Positions 17,263-28,885 of a DNA stretch of 64,000 bases are shown piece after piece. This DNA is from an uncultured Spirochaetota bacterium (GTDB lineage Bacteria > Spirochaetota > Spirochaetia > SZUA-6 > Fen-1364), in NCBI GenBank assembly GCA_963781885.1, contig CAWAHW010000003.1, positions 64,001 to 128,000 of the forward strand, in the 5' to 3' direction. The position numbers and the translations under genes were made by a program. The first letter of the stretch is position 1. Each line of letters opens with the position of its first letter. Under the pieces are notes generated by a model. The model was not told the origin of the DNA, made no database searches, and saw only the letters and a program-made list of their open reading frames with translations.

Positions 17263-19195
17263 ATGGAGGAGACCGACGCCGCTCTTTGAGAGGACGCGTT
17301 CGCGGTCTCGCGGGAGCGTCCTCCCTGCCTGCCTCATCCTCGTCCTCGTCCTTGGCTGCGCCGGCGCTCTGCCCGGGACCGCGGAGTCACTCTTGCAGGT
17401 CGACGCCCTGGTCGGGTTCAACGGCCTGGCGCGCGAAGGCCGTTTCGCCCCCATCCTCGTGAGCATCGCCAACGCGGGCACGAGCATTCCCGTGGACGTG
17501 CGCCTCGTCGTCTCCTGGGGCAGCAGCCTGCGGGGGACCACGGACGGACGCGTCTTCACCCGGCAGAGCGTCCTTGGCGGCGGCGCGACCCGCCGGATCC
17601 CCTTCCTGGTGCCGCTGCCCCCGGACGCACGCTCACTTGACCTGAGCGTTTCGTCGCAGGGATCCGTGCTCGCCCACCAGAGCATCGACCTGCGCGGACA
17701 GGTGAGTCGTGACCGTATCGTGGTCGGCGTGGCGAGCGAGCTGTCCCTGGACTCGATCACGGCGCTGTCCGACGACACGGGCAATGTCCGCGTCGTGTAC
17801 CCCCGGATCGACGATCTGCCCGAGTCCTGGGCGGCCTACGACGGCGTCGACATGGTGGTCGTCCACGACACTTCCTTCCAGCAGCTGCGGTCGTCGCAGG
17901 TGTCCGCGCTGGAGCGATGGGTCGTCACGGGCGGCGCGCTCGTGCTCACCGGCGGCGCGGCGGGCCTCCAGCACGCGGATGCCGGCTTCGGCGGGCTCAT
18001 GCCCGTGCGCGTCACCGGTCTCGTCACCCGCACCGCGCTACCGGCGGTCGCGCGCCTTGCCGGCGCGCCCCGCGCCCCGCGCGGCAGCATCGTCGTGGCG
18101 CAGTCGCTCGTGACGACGGGCAGGACGCTCGCCCGGGACGGGGACCTGCCGCTCGTGGTGGAGCGACGCCTGGGCCGGGGCTCCGTGTGGTTCCTGGCCT
18201 TCGATCCGACCCTCCCGCCTTTCCCCGGCTGGGGCGGGACGCTCGCGCTCTGGCGCCTGATGGCGTCGCGCGACAGGCAGCCGACGCTCCCCGCGGATTC
18301 TCACGCGCCCCTGGACGACCCGTGGCTGCGCGTGATGCTCGCCTCCCCCGGTATGGCCGTGCCGTCGGTGATCCTCGTTCTCGCCCTCGTGGCGCTGTAC
18401 TGCGCGCTTCTCTTTCCGCTCACCGTCGGCCGGCTGCTGAGGGGCATGAAGACGCGTCTGCGGATCGCCCTGCTTCTTCTCATTCCCCTGCTCGCGGGCG
18501 CGGGAAGCTGGATTGCCTTCGACAAGGTCATCTTTCGCGCAGCGCCGCGCTCCATCGATGCGGCCCTCGTGGAGATGCGGTCGGGCGACGGTCAGGCGCT
18601 CGTCACCGAAAGGGTGGGCATCGTCGCCTCCCGGCCGGGCACGGTGGACATCGCGGCCGGCATCCACGAGCTGCCGGTGAGCGAGATCAGTCTCCGGCTC
18701 GCGGGAGCCGCCGCGCGCACCCCTCCACCGCCGGGCTTCGCCGTGGCGGCGGGCGATGCAACGACGCTTTCGGGCATCGCCGTCGGCCGGTACGGCACAA
18801 GGCTCCTGCTTCTGCAAGATGTGGTTCCCATGCCCGTCACCGCGCGCGCCGTCCGCGCGGGATCGGAAGTGGCGGTCACGGTGAGCAATGACTCCGCGCG
18901 CGCCCTCCAGTCCTGCTTCTTCTGGACCGGCGGACGCGGCTACCGGCTGGGCGACATCCCTGCGAATGGCGTGGCGCGGGCGTCATTCGCGCTCGAGGAC
19001 GGCGTGGCCCCGCAGGCCCTCCGGGTCGTGGACGATGCGACGCGGGCCGCGTTGTGGAATCTCGTGGCACCGGGCGTGAGCGGTCCCGCCGTCATCGGCT
19101 GGCTGGATGACAGCGCGCTCGCCCTTCGCGTCGGGGGCGCCGACGCGGTCGACGGGCGCGCACCCCTGTCGCTCCTCGTGGTGGAGTCGGAATGA
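17263..19195 (+). CDS. Exported/membrane protein with a GATase-like domain, MoxR-operon associated; probable 1-bp insertion just after the ATG
   Basis: LPESWAAYDGVDMVV...ALERWVVTGGALVLTGG, RRLGRGSV and TM segments. Removing one G from ATGGAGG gives the signal-peptide-like MRRPTPLFERTRSRSRGSVLPACLILVLVLG. Confidence 0.7.
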
Positions 19196-19196
19196 C

Positions 19197-19964
19197 ATGC
19201 GCGTGAATCCATTCCTTCAGGAGGGGGTCAGGACCTATTTCGCGCATCCCGGCATCCTGCGGACCTACTTCTACCTGCCGACCGTTCTTGCCGTCGTGCT
19301 TCTCGTGGTCTGGCCGCGCGGCAGTCTTGAGTCGGTGCTTCGCAGCGGCCCGCTCGCCGACGCCTTCTCCGTCGTTTCCATCGCCTTTCTCGGTCTCCTT
19401 CTCTACCTCGGCGGGCGCTATGGCGCGGAGGATTTCTCTCCTGACACCATGGTCCAGCTTCGCAACTACGTCACCCTGACTCCCGTGCCGCTCCTTTCCG
19501 CGATCCTGGGCAAGGCGGGCTTCTTCATCCTCCACACGCTCTTCCTCCTGCTCCTCGGTGCACCCTTCCTGCTCGCGCCTCTGGCGGTCGGCGGGCTCAC
19601 CGTGCCAAAGGCATTCGCCGCGTTCGCCATACTCGGGACGGCGAGCGTCGCGGCAAGGATGTTCGGCCTCCTCGTGCTGTCTCTGGTGGGCAGCAGGCCC
19701 CTGGTGAGAAATGTCATCCTCCTGCCGGGCATCCTGCTTCTGGTCATCCTGGTGCTCGTGTTTCTTCCGTTGCTCAGCCCGATCCACGCGCTTCTCAGCC
19801 TCGGCTCCACGCCGGCCGCCGGCGCCGCGGAGGCCGGCATGTCCGCCGTTGCCGCGAGCAGTCTCGTGGGCATCGGCGCTGCGCTTGTTGCCGCCGCGGG
19901 GGTCTTTCTCGTCCTGCGCGTTTCCCGCGGCAGCGCCCGCGGGCGGGGCTCGACCGATGGGTGA
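19197..19964 (+). CDS. ABC-2 permease-like integral membrane protein
   Basis: MRVNPFLQEG start, six TM segments, LTPVPLLSAILGK motif. Confidence 0.65.
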   Translation: MRVNPFLQEGVRTYFAHPGILRTYFYLPTVLAVVLLVVWPRGSLESVLRSGPLADAFSVVSIAFLGLLLYLGGRYGAEDFSPDTMVQLRNYVTLTPVPLLSAILGKAGFFILHTLFLLLLGAPFLLAPLAVGGLTVPKAFAAFAILGTASVAARMFGLLVLSLVGSRPLVRNVILLPGILLLVILVLVFLPLLSPIHALLSLGSTPAAGAAEAGMSAVAASSLVGIGAALVAAAGVFLVLRVSRGSARGRGSTDG

Positions 19965-21384
19965 TGCATTCAAGACGGGCGTGGCGGCCGTGCTCCGCCG
20001 GGCGCGGGCCGACGTCGTGCTCCGCCGCGGCTCGATCGGCCTTTTCTACGGCCTGCTTCCCGGACTTGCCGCCGCGGCGGTCGCGGGCAGCGTCAGGCTG
20101 CCTTTCCCGGTGGCCGGGGCGGCGGCGATCGGCGCTGTTGTCGGCCTGGCGGCCGGTATCGCGGCAGGGCTTTTCGCCGCCATCGACCCGCACGCGGTGC
20201 TCCTGCGCGGCGACCGACTGCTTGCCACGCACGAGCTTGCCAGCACTGCCCTTGAGCTTGCCGGACGCCCGTCGCGCGGCAGATTCGCAGAGACGGTCAT
20301 TGAAGACGCGGCGGCATTTCTCACGGCCACCGCGCCGCGCAGGATGCTCGGCCGCCGTCGCCTGCCCTTCGCGCCATTCATTCCCGTCATCATCGCGCTC
20401 ACCGCAACGGCGCTCCTCTTTCCCCTGGACCTGCGGCCGCTCTTTTCCCGGCCGGGCGGGCTGGACAAGGAGATGGCCGACATCGGGGAGGATCTGAAGG
20501 AACAGGGCCAGTCGCTCGCCGACGCGGCGCGTGAATCGAATCTTGGGCGCAGTCTCGCCCTTTCCCAGGAGCTCGCGCAGCTCGGGCGGGAGCTCGAGGC
20601 CCGCAAGCTTTCACTCGATGAGGCGCTGGACCGCATGTCCGATCTGGAAAACAGGCTCGGACAGGAGTATCAGCTCGCACTGCGGAACGGGGAGGCCACC
20701 GTGCCGCAGGCGGGCGCCGGAAAATCCGACGAATCCACCGGCCCGGAAGGCAGTGAGCCCGGCGCGCAAGGCGCCCCGGCCGATGGGTCCTCCCCGTCGG
20801 GAGAGGCGGGCAGCGCGGATCAGAACCAGAAAAGTCTCGGCGACGCGCTCGACAGGCTCCAGCAGGACAGGGGCCGGCTTTCGCGGCAGCAGGGCCCGGG
20901 TGACGGCCAGCCGGGGAGAGGCGCCCAGCGCCCCCCCGCGGGCGCCGGCACGACGGGCAAGGGCACGGGCGGGTCCGGGGATACCGGCAAGCTCCAGGGC
21001 CAGCAAGGCCAGGAGGGCGAATCCTCGGGGGACAGCCAATCGGACAGCTCCGGGCAAGGGCAGGACCAACCCGGCAAGAGCAACGGAAGCCAGCCGGGAA
21101 ACGCCCCGGCGCCCGAGAAGACCGGGCCGCCCACCGCGATTGCGCGGGGATCGAAGGGACCCAGCCTGCAGGCGCAGGGGACGACCGGTGAGGGGGACAT
21201 CGCCCGGCTGCTCGCGCGGTCGCTGCCGGACGCCGGCGGCGCCACGCTGCCGGATGCGACGGCGCTGGACCGGTATGCACGCCAGGCGGAAAGCGCCCTT
21301 GCGCACGACGAGGTGCCGCAGGACCTGCGGGAATACGTGAAGGGATATTTTACCAACATTGGCATGCCGAACACGGGCAAGTAG
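19957..21384 (+). CDS. Membrane-anchored coiled-coil protein with a Gly/Gln/Ser-rich tail
   Basis: N-terminal TMs, ELASTALEL, low-complexity tail, C-terminal DEVPQDLREYVKGYF. Confidence 0.75.
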   Translation: MGDAFKTGVAAVLRRARADVVLRRGSIGLFYGLLPGLAAAAVAGSVRLPFPVAGAAAIGAVVGLAAGIAAGLFAAIDPHAVLLRGDRLLATHELASTALELAGRPSRGRFAETVIEDAAAFLTATAPRRMLGRRRLPFAPFIPVIIALTATALLFPLDLRPLFSRPGGLDKEMADIGEDLKEQGQSLADAARESNLGRSLALSQELAQLGRELEARKLSLDEALDRMSDLENRLGQEYQLALRNGEATVPQAGAGKSDESTGPEGSEPGAQGAPADGSSPSGEAGSADQNQKSLGDALDRLQQDRGRLSRQQGPGDGQPGRGAQRPPAGAGTTGKGTGGSGDTGKLQGQQGQEGESSGDSQSDSSGQGQDQPGKSNGSQPGNAPAPEKTGPPTAIARGSKGPSLQAQGTTGEGDIARLLARSLPDAGGATLPDATALDRYARQAESALAHDEVPQDLREYVKGYFTNIGMPNTGK

Positions 21385-21398
21385 AGGCGGGGGAGCAC

Positions 21399-22412
21399 AT
21401 GGACGCACGAGAGCAGGCAGCATGGGTGATGGACAGGGTGCGCGCGCTGCGGGGCGAAATCGCCCGGGCCATCGTGGGGCAGGAGGGCATCGTGCAGGAT
21501 GTCCTGATCTGCCTCTTCTGCTCCGGTCACGCCCTCCTGGAAGGGGTGCCGGGGCTGGGAAAGACGACGCTCATCAAGAGCCTCGGCCAGGCGCTCGACC
21601 TGGTCACGTCGCGCATCCAGTTCACGCCGGACCTCATGCCCGCGGACATCATCGGGACGAACGTGCTCGTCCAGGAGGACATGCAGGCCGCCGGGGCGAG
21701 CGCCGATGCGCGCCGATTCGTGCGGTTCCAGAAGGGGCCCGTGTTCGCCAACATCGTGCTCGCGGACGAGATCAATCGCGCGACGCCGAAGACCCAGTCC
21801 GCGCTCCTGGAGGCGATGCAGGAGAACGCCGTGACCGTGGGCGGCACCACCTACCCGCTCGCGCCTCCTTTCATCGTGCTGGCGACGCAGAACCCCATCG
21901 AGATGGAGGGCACCTACCCGCTTCCCGAGGCGCAGCTGGACCGGTTTTTCTTCAAGCTCACCCTCGGCTATCCCACGGCGGAGGAGATCGCCCAGATCGT
22001 GGACCGCACGACGACGGGCACGGCGCAGCCGCTTGCGAAGATACTCGACGCGGAGGCGGTGTTGCGGATCCGCGGCCTCGTGCGGGAGGTGCCCATCGCC
22101 ACGCACGTGAAGGAATACGCAATCAGGCTCGCCATGGCCACCCGGCCGGGCACGCCGGCATCGACGGATCTTGCCACCCGGTACGTGCGCTACGGGGCAA
22201 GCCCGCGCGGTCCGCAGAGCCTCGTGCTCGCGGCAAAAGCGCGTGCCCTTTTCGAGGGCCGCATGCACGCCTCCTTCGAGGACGTCACGGCCGTCTCGCG
22301 CCAGGCGCTCCGCCACCGGGTGCTGCTCAACTTCGAGGGCGAGGCGGAAGGCATCTCCCCCGAACAGATCGTCGACGATATCCTCCAGCGCGTGGAGCCG
22401 GGCGCCGGCTGA
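21399..22412 (+). CDS. moxR: MoxR-family AAA+ ATPase
   Basis: HALLEGVPGLGKT, RIQFTPDLMPADIIG, LADEINRATPKTQSALLEAMQE, TQNPIEMEGTYPLPEAQLDRF. Confidence 0.96.
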   Translation: MDAREQAAWVMDRVRALRGEIARAIVGQEGIVQDVLICLFCSGHALLEGVPGLGKTTLIKSLGQALDLVTSRIQFTPDLMPADIIGTNVLVQEDMQAAGASADARRFVRFQKGPVFANIVLADEINRATPKTQSALLEAMQENAVTVGGTTYPLAPPFIVLATQNPIEMEGTYPLPEAQLDRFFFKLTLGYPTAEEIAQIVDRTTTGTAQPLAKILDAEAVLRIRGLVREVPIATHVKEYAIRLAMATRPGTPASTDLATRYVRYGASPRGPQSLVLAAKARALFEGRMHASFEDVTAVSRQALRHRVLLNFEGEAEGISPEQIVDDILQRVEPGAG

Positions 22413-23304
22413 TGGACGAATCCCTCTTCGACCGGGATTTCCTGCGAAAGCTGGAGACGCTCTCCTTCGTCGCGCGCAGGATCTATCGCGGCGACACCCG
22501 GGGCAGCCACACCGCGGTGCGCCGCGGCACGAGTCTGGACTTCGAGGATTTCCGCACCTACCAGGCAGGGGATGACTTCCGCTCCATCGACTGGAGCATC
22601 TACGGACGCCTCGACCGTCTCTTCGTGCGCCTCTACGCGGAGGAGGAGGACCTCACCGTCCACGTGCTGCTGGACGCAAGCGCGTCCATGGCCTATGGCT
22701 CCCCGCCGAAGATCGACTACGCCCGGCGCCTTGCCGCGGCGCTCGGCTATGTCGGCATCGGGTCGCTGGACAGGGTGGGCGTGACGACATTCGCCGCCGG
22801 CAGAAGCGGCGCCCTGGCGCCGCGCCGCGGCAAGGCCCAGTTCTTCCACCTGCTGGAATACATGAGCAGGGTCGGCACCGCGGGCGGCACCGACATCGCC
22901 CGGTCGCTGCGCGACTACGCCCTGCGCTCCCGCACCCGGGTCTTGCCATCGTCATCTCCGATCTCCTGGACGAATCTCGCGAAGGCTACCGTACGGGGCT
23001 TCGCGCGCTTCTTTTCCACAACTTCGACGTGGTGCTCGTGCACGTGCTGGACCGGGAGGAGATCGATCCGCGGACCCAGGGCGCGCTGCGGCTGACGGAT
23101 ATGGAAAGCGGCAAGGCCCTTCCCCTCACCATCGACCGGCCGCTTCTTTCCGCATACAAAAGGCGCGTCGAGGGCTTCTTCGCCGAGACGGAGGACTTCT
23201 GCCTCAAGGCGGGCATCGAGTACCTGCGCGCCGCCACGCTCGTTCCCTTCGAGGACGTGGTCCTGCGCTACCTGCGGCAGGGGGCGCACCTGCACTCCCG
23301 ATGA
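22412..23304 (+). CDS. DUF58 domain protein; frameshift near 22935
   Basis: FEDFRTYQAGDDFRSIDW, LLDASASM; continues in another frame as PGLAIVISDLL...VVLVHVLDREE. Confidence 0.88.
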
Positions 23305-25208
23305 GCTTCGCGTCGCCCCTCTGGCTCCTCCTGCTCGGTCTCATCCCGCTCATCGTGATCCTGCACGCCCTTTCCGTGCGCTGGCGGAACACCCCCGTGT
23401 CGTCGCTTGTCTTCTGGGTGGAGGCCCTGCAGGAGCGCACGGCGCGTATGCGCCTGCGGCGCATCCTCGGGTCTCTCGTCCTCCTCTTGCAATTGCTCGC
23501 CGTGGCGGCGCTCGCGCTCGCCCTTGCGGGCCCCGGCCTCACGATCGGCAGCCTGTCGTCGACGGGGGACGCGATACTCGTGCTGGACGCCACCGCGAGC
23601 ATGCAGACGCGCGAGGGGTCGTCGACGCGCTTCGACGCGGCGCGGGCGCGCGGCCTGGCGCTGGTGGCCGGCCTGCACCGGGGCGCGCGCATGGCGGTGA
23701 TCCTTGCGGCGCGCGCCCCGCACCTCGTGCAGGCATTCACGGACGACCGTGCCGCGCTGCGGCGCGTCCTGCAGACGGCCGCCCCCACCGACGAGCCCGG
23801 CGACATGGCCGACAGCATGACATTCGCCCTGTCGCTGCGCAGCGCGCGCCGCGGCGACCAGGTTGTGCTGGTGACCGACGGCGCATTCGAGTCCCTGGGG
23901 GACATCGACGCATCCCAGCCCTGGATCCATGTTGTGCTGGTCGGCTCCCCGCACGACAACGCGGGAATCACCGGTCTTGCCTTCCGTCGCGCGGCGGCAG
24001 GCGCGGCGCCCTACGAGCTTTTCGTCGCCGTGCGCAACAGCGGCCGCCTGCCCCTCGCCGCGCCACTGCTCGTGAGCGTCGGCGGCGCCACAGTGGTCTC
24101 CCGGACGGTGAAGGTCGCGCCCGGCGAGCGGCGGGGCCTCAGCATCCCGTGGACGGGCCCCAGGACGGGACGCGTGGAGGCGCGCCTGCAGACCGGTGAC
24201 GACTTCCCGCTCGACGACCAGGCCTATGCCGTCTTTTCCCCGTCGCGGCAGCTTCGGGTCCGCGTCGTCGGCGCAGCTTCCTATTTCACGCAGAAGGCGC
24301 TCTCCGCGCTGCCGGGCATCAGTCTGCGTACGGAGGCTGCGCCGCCGTCCGGCCTCGTCCGCGCAAGCCCTTCCACGGGAGGCGCGGACGGGGCCGCGAC
24401 GGACGACGTGACGGTCTATGAGAACGTGCAGCCTCCGCCGCTGGGAACGGGAAATGGCCCGGGGGCCGACCCGAACCCCGCCGGCAGCTTCATGCTCTTT
24501 GCCGCTGTGCCGCCGGATCTGCCCGTGCAGGCTTCGGGATCCATCGCGCGCCCGCCGGTGACGGGCTGGAGTCGCAGCGATCCGCTTCTTTCCGCCGTCT
24601 CCCTGTCCGGGCTCACCATCAGCAGCGCGCTTGCGCTGGAGCCCGGGCCCGGTTTCAACGTCATTGCGGCGAGCGGGGAATCGCCGCTCATGCTCACCTG
24701 GGACCACGCCGGCCTGAAGGTGCTCCTCCTTGCATTCGATCCGCAGGGATCCGATCTTCCCCTGCGTGCGGGCTTCCCCGTGCTTCTGGCCAACACATTA
24801 TCCTGGTTCTTCCCCGGGTGGCTTGCCGTGCAGGCCGACCAGGTGCAGGCGGGCCTGCCGCGCACCCTTGCCACGCAGGGGGCGACCAGCCTCACCGTCG
24901 TGAAGCCCGACGGGTCGCGGCTGCCGATTGCGGCATCCGGCGCTTCGGTGGATTTCCTGGACACCGACCGCACGGGCTTCTACGGCGTGGAAGTCGGTGC
25001 GGCGTCGAGCGAGTTTGCCGTCAACCTCATGAGCGACACCGAGACGGACATCAACCCCCGCTACGTCCCCCCAAAGACCGCTGCCCCGGAGTCTCCTGCG
25101 GCGCCGGCCCGATCCCCGATCTGGGAGGCCCTTGCCGCGTTCGCCCTGGCGCTCGTCCTGGTGGAATGGTGGGCGTGGCTGCGGTCATCCGGGAGGGCCG
25201 GCGCGTGA
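23301..25208 (+). CDS. BatA N-terminal plus VWA domain protein
   Basis: MSFASPLWLLLL..IPLIVILH...VSSLVFW BatA start; LDATASM MIDAS; LVTDG; C-terminal TM. Confidence 0.88.
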   Translation: MSFASPLWLLLLGLIPLIVILHALSVRWRNTPVSSLVFWVEALQERTARMRLRRILGSLVLLLQLLAVAALALALAGPGLTIGSLSSTGDAILVLDATASMQTREGSSTRFDAARARGLALVAGLHRGARMAVILAARAPHLVQAFTDDRAALRRVLQTAAPTDEPGDMADSMTFALSLRSARRGDQVVLVTDGAFESLGDIDASQPWIHVVLVGSPHDNAGITGLAFRRAAAGAAPYELFVAVRNSGRLPLAAPLLVSVGGATVVSRTVKVAPGERRGLSIPWTGPRTGRVEARLQTGDDFPLDDQAYAVFSPSRQLRVRVVGAASYFTQKALSALPGISLRTEAAPPSGLVRASPSTGGADGAATDDVTVYENVQPPPLGTGNGPGADPNPAGSFMLFAAVPPDLPVQASGSIARPPVTGWSRSDPLLSAVSLSGLTISSALALEPGPGFNVIAASGESPLMLTWDHAGLKVLLLAFDPQGSDLPLRAGFPVLLANTLSWFFPGWLAVQADQVQAGLPRTLATQGATSLTVVKPDGSRLPIAASGASVDFLDTDRTGFYGVEVGAASSEFAVNLMSDTETDINPRYVPPKTAAPESPAAPARSPIWEALAAFALALVLVEWWAWLRSSGRAGA

Positions 25209-28022
25209 AATTCCTTTCCCCTTTCTGGCTCATCGCGCTCGCCGCCATTCCCCCCCTCCTGTTTCTCACCTGGCGCATCGTGCGAAGGGCGGAAAGCCTT
25301 TCCCCGGCACGACGACGCGTATTTTCGATCCTTCGCGCCGCCTCCATCCTCTTTCTCGTGCTCGCCCTTGCCGGGTTCATCCTGGCGCGCACCTCCGACC
25401 GGCTGTCGGTCCTCTTCCTTCTCGACCAGTCCCGCAGCGTGAGCGACGAACAGCGCGCCCGGGCGCTGTCACTCATCGAGCAGATCCCGGGGAAGGCTGG
25501 GTCGCGGAGACGCCGCCTCGCTCGTGCGATTCGGGGGTGACGCGGAGCTGGAGGAGCTCGTTCCCGGCAGACCTGTCGCGGCGGAGGGCGGGGACGTGGG
25601 GGAGAATACGACGAACATCGCGAACGCCCTCCAGTTCGGCCTGGCCCAGGCCGCCGGGTCCGCGTCGCCACGGGTGGTGCTCCTCACGGACGGCAACGAG
25701 AACCGGGGGAGCGCGGAGCAGGCAGCGGGCGTCGTGCGCGCCCTGGGTGCCCGCATTTTCCCCGTGCCCCTGGGTTCCGCCGCAGGCCCGGACGAGGTGG
25801 AGGTCTCCGTGGAAGACGTCCGCGCTCCCGCGAGCGTCCGGCAGGACGAGCCGCAGGAGGTCGTCGTCATGATCCGGAGCCGCACGCGCGCGCGCGCCCG
25901 GGTGACGCTCCTGCGGGACGCGGACCCCGTGGCCACCCGCGACCAGATCCTTGCCCCCGGGGAGAACGCGATCTCCTTTACCGGTTCCTTCCCCGCGCGC
26001 GGCCTTCACGCATGGGATGCCCTGGTGAGCGCGCCGGGGGACGTGCTCCAGCAGAACAACCACGCGCGGCGCTTCGTCTCCGTGAGCGGTCCTCCCCAGG
26101 TGTTGTATGTGAGCAGATCGGGCCGGCAGTCCCCCTCACTGCTTGCCGCCCTCGCGGCCCAGGGAGTCACCGCCGTACGCGCCGACCCTGCCGGTCTCCC
26201 CGGCACGCTCGCGGGGTATCTCCCCTACGACGCCCTCATACTCGACAACGTCCCCGGCTTCGGCATCTCCACGGAGAAGATGGAAACCATCGCGCGCTAC
26301 GTGCGGGACGCCGGCGGAGGCCTCCTCATGGCGGGCGGGGACTCCAGCTTCGGCGCCGGGGGCTACTACAAGACGCCCATCGAGCGGATCCTGCCCGTGG
26401 ACATGGACGTGAAGTCGCGCCTGGAGGTGCCGCGGGTGTCGCTTGTCCTGCTCATCGACAAGTCGGGCAGCATGGGCGGCACGGTGAGCTCGGGTGAATC
26501 GAAGCTCGACGTCGTGAAATCCGCCGCCCTGTCGGCGATAGAGTCGTTGAATCCCTTCGACAAGGTGGGGCTCCTTGCATTCGACGCGGACTGGCAATGG
26601 GCGGTGCCCCTCACGGACGCGGGAGATACGGCCTCCATTGCCGCCGACCTTTCCACGCTCACACCCGGTGGCGGCACGGTCATGTACCCGGCGCTCCAGG
26701 AGGCGGACCGGGTCCTCGAGGCGTCCCCGGCGCCGTTGAAGCACGTGATCCTCCTCACCGACGGGCTCACCGACGCGGGAGATTTCCAGGCCCTCGTGAA
26801 GAGGATGGCCCGCGCGAAGATCACGGTCTCCACCGTCGCCATCGGTGAAGACGCCGACGCGGCGCTCCTCCGGGACATCGCGCGCTGGGGGGGCGGCAGG
26901 ACGTATGCCACGAGCGATCCCCGCGACGTGCCGCAGATATTCATGACCGAGACGAGACTCGCCGCGCAGGGGCTGCTCGTCGAGCAGAGCTTCCTGCCCC
27001 AGCCGTCCTCCGCGGGGGAGAGCACGCGGGGCATCAGCTTTTCCGGCATGCCGGCCCTGAAGGGTTTCGTCCTTACTTACATGAAGACCGGCGCCGAAAT
27101 GGAGCTCTCTGCGCTGTACGGCGCGCCGCTCCTTGCAACCTGGCGCTACGGCCTGGGCCGCACGGCGGCGTTCACCTCTGATTTCCGGGGTCGATGGAGC
27201 GGCGCGTGGCTGGGCTGGAGCCAGTTCCCCCGATTTGCGGCCCAGCTTGTGCGCTGGATCGAGAAGCCGCCCGACAGCGGCATCCTCCATCCCCGGATCA
27301 TCATCAGCGGGGGCAAGGCTTCCGTCACCGTCGACGCGTGGGACGCCACCGGCGCTTTCGTCAATGGGCTTTCCCTCGACGCCATCCTCCTGGGGCCGGA
27401 AAGCGACCGGGTGGAAACCACCGTTGCCCAGACCGGCCCGGGGCTCTACGAGGCGAGCGTGCCCGCGGACGCCGTGGGCGACTACGTCCTCACGCTCTCT
27501 GCGCATGCGGGGGCTGAGAGCGTCGCCCCCGTCACGCTCGGCGCGAATGTGCCCTACTCCGACGAGTACCGGATGCTCGGTGTGGACACGACCCTTCTGG
27601 ACCTGCTGGCCCGGCAGACCGGCGGCCGCGTGATCGCCGGGCCGGATGATCGCCCAGGGCTCGATGCGCTCCTGCGCCGCGAGCCGGGCGCCGCGCCCGT
27701 CGGGGACACCGCCTGGCAGTACATGCTTCTTGCCGCGCTCGTCCTCTTCTTCATCGACATCGTGGTCCGCCGCATCGCCATCCCCGAAGGATTCGGGGCG
27801 CGGGTGTCCGCGCGGCTTGCATCCCTGCGCGCGAGGCGCCGCTATTCGATCGACGAGCTTTCCGGCATGGTGGCGCGGGGCAGGGAGGAGGAGAAGGCGA
27901 GGCTGCGGGCCCGGATCTCCGGCGCAGCGGGCGGCGGAAAGGTCGATCCCGAGCTCGCGGCGTACCTCTACATCGCGCGCCTGCGCAGCAGAAAGGCCGC
28001 GGAGGAGAAGGAGAAGAAGTAA
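25205..28022 (+). CDS. Large VWA/GATase1-like/VWA membrane protein; frameshift near 25490
   Basis: FLLDQSRSV, LLTDGNEN, GGGLLMAGGDSSFGAGGYY.TPIERILPV, IDKSGSM, WRYGLGR.AAFTSD. Confidence 0.88.
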
Positions 28023-28041
28023 AGGGAGGACGTCACGAGGC

Positions 28042-28716
28042 TCAGCCCGGCCCGTCCAGCAGCTTCCGCATCCGCCTCATGTTGTCCAGAAGCCCTGCCG
28101 CGCCGTCGAAAAGGGAAGAGCTTCCCGCGACCAGGATGTCGGCCCCGGCAGCCACCATGACCGGGACATTGTCCCAGCTCACGTTTCCATCCGCCTCGAC
28201 GTCCATCGCAAGCTCCCGGTCGGCGATGAGACGGGAAAGGGCCGCGATCTTCGCGATGGTCGTCGGCACGAGCTTCTGGCCCGCGAAGCCGGGATTCACC
28301 GTCATGATGCAGACCATGCTCACCGACGGCAGCATCTCGTCGATGGCGGCCAGAGGCATGGCAGGATCCACGGCAATGCCGCAACGCGCCCCAAAGGAGC
28401 GGATGAGGTCGAGCGTGCGGAAGGGGTGCCGCGAGGTCTCGGGATGGAAGCAAACCGTGGCACCCGGTATCGCGGCGAATGCCTCGATGTGCGCATCGGG
28501 GTCTTCCACCATGAGGTGAATGTCCAGCGGCAGGCGCGAGGACTTCGCGAGGGCCCTGCAGAAGCCGGGCCCGAGGGTGATGTTCGGCACGTAGTGGCCG
28601 TCCATGACGTCGACGTGGAGGAAGTTCGCACCCCCCTCTTCCAGGACGCGCACGTCGTCGGCCAGGTGGAGAAGATCCGCGCACATGATGGAGGGGGCTA
28701 TCCGGACGGGCTTCAT
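28042..28716 (-). CDS. rpe: Ribulose-phosphate 3-epimerase family protein (Rpe/AlsE-like)
   Basis: IAPSIMCAD, HVDVMDGHYVPN, DIHLMV, MTVNPGFAGQ, EADG, VAGSS. Confidence 0.9.
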   Translation of the reverse strand: MKPVRIAPSIMCADLLHLADDVRVLEEGGANFLHVDVMDGHYVPNITLGPGFCRALAKSSRLPLDIHLMVEDPDAHIEAFAAIPGATVCFHPETSRHPFRTLDLIRSFGARCGIAVDPAMPLAAIDEMLPSVSMVCIMTVNPGFAGQKLVPTTIAKIAALSRLIADRELAMDVEADGNVSWDNVPVMVAAGADILVAGSSSLFDGAAGLLDNMRRMRKLLDGPG

Positions 28717-28885
28717 GCTCGACTCCTCGCGTGGCACTGTAGGGCGGGGGAGGCGTCTTTCGCAAGCCGAGGAGACAGCGCGGCGTCATCCGGCGTGCGC
28801 GCGGCAGACTTGATCCCGGAGGCCGAAGCGGGTACGTTGTGGCGGCGGAAAGCTTGCAGAGACGAAAATAGGCGAAGGAGGCCTT

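Noticed and set aside
17263-17289. MEETDAAL mini-ORF as a regulatory uORF
   Set aside because: Deleting one G gives a proper signal peptide for the downstream gene, which otherwise has no start codon, so an indel is more likely.
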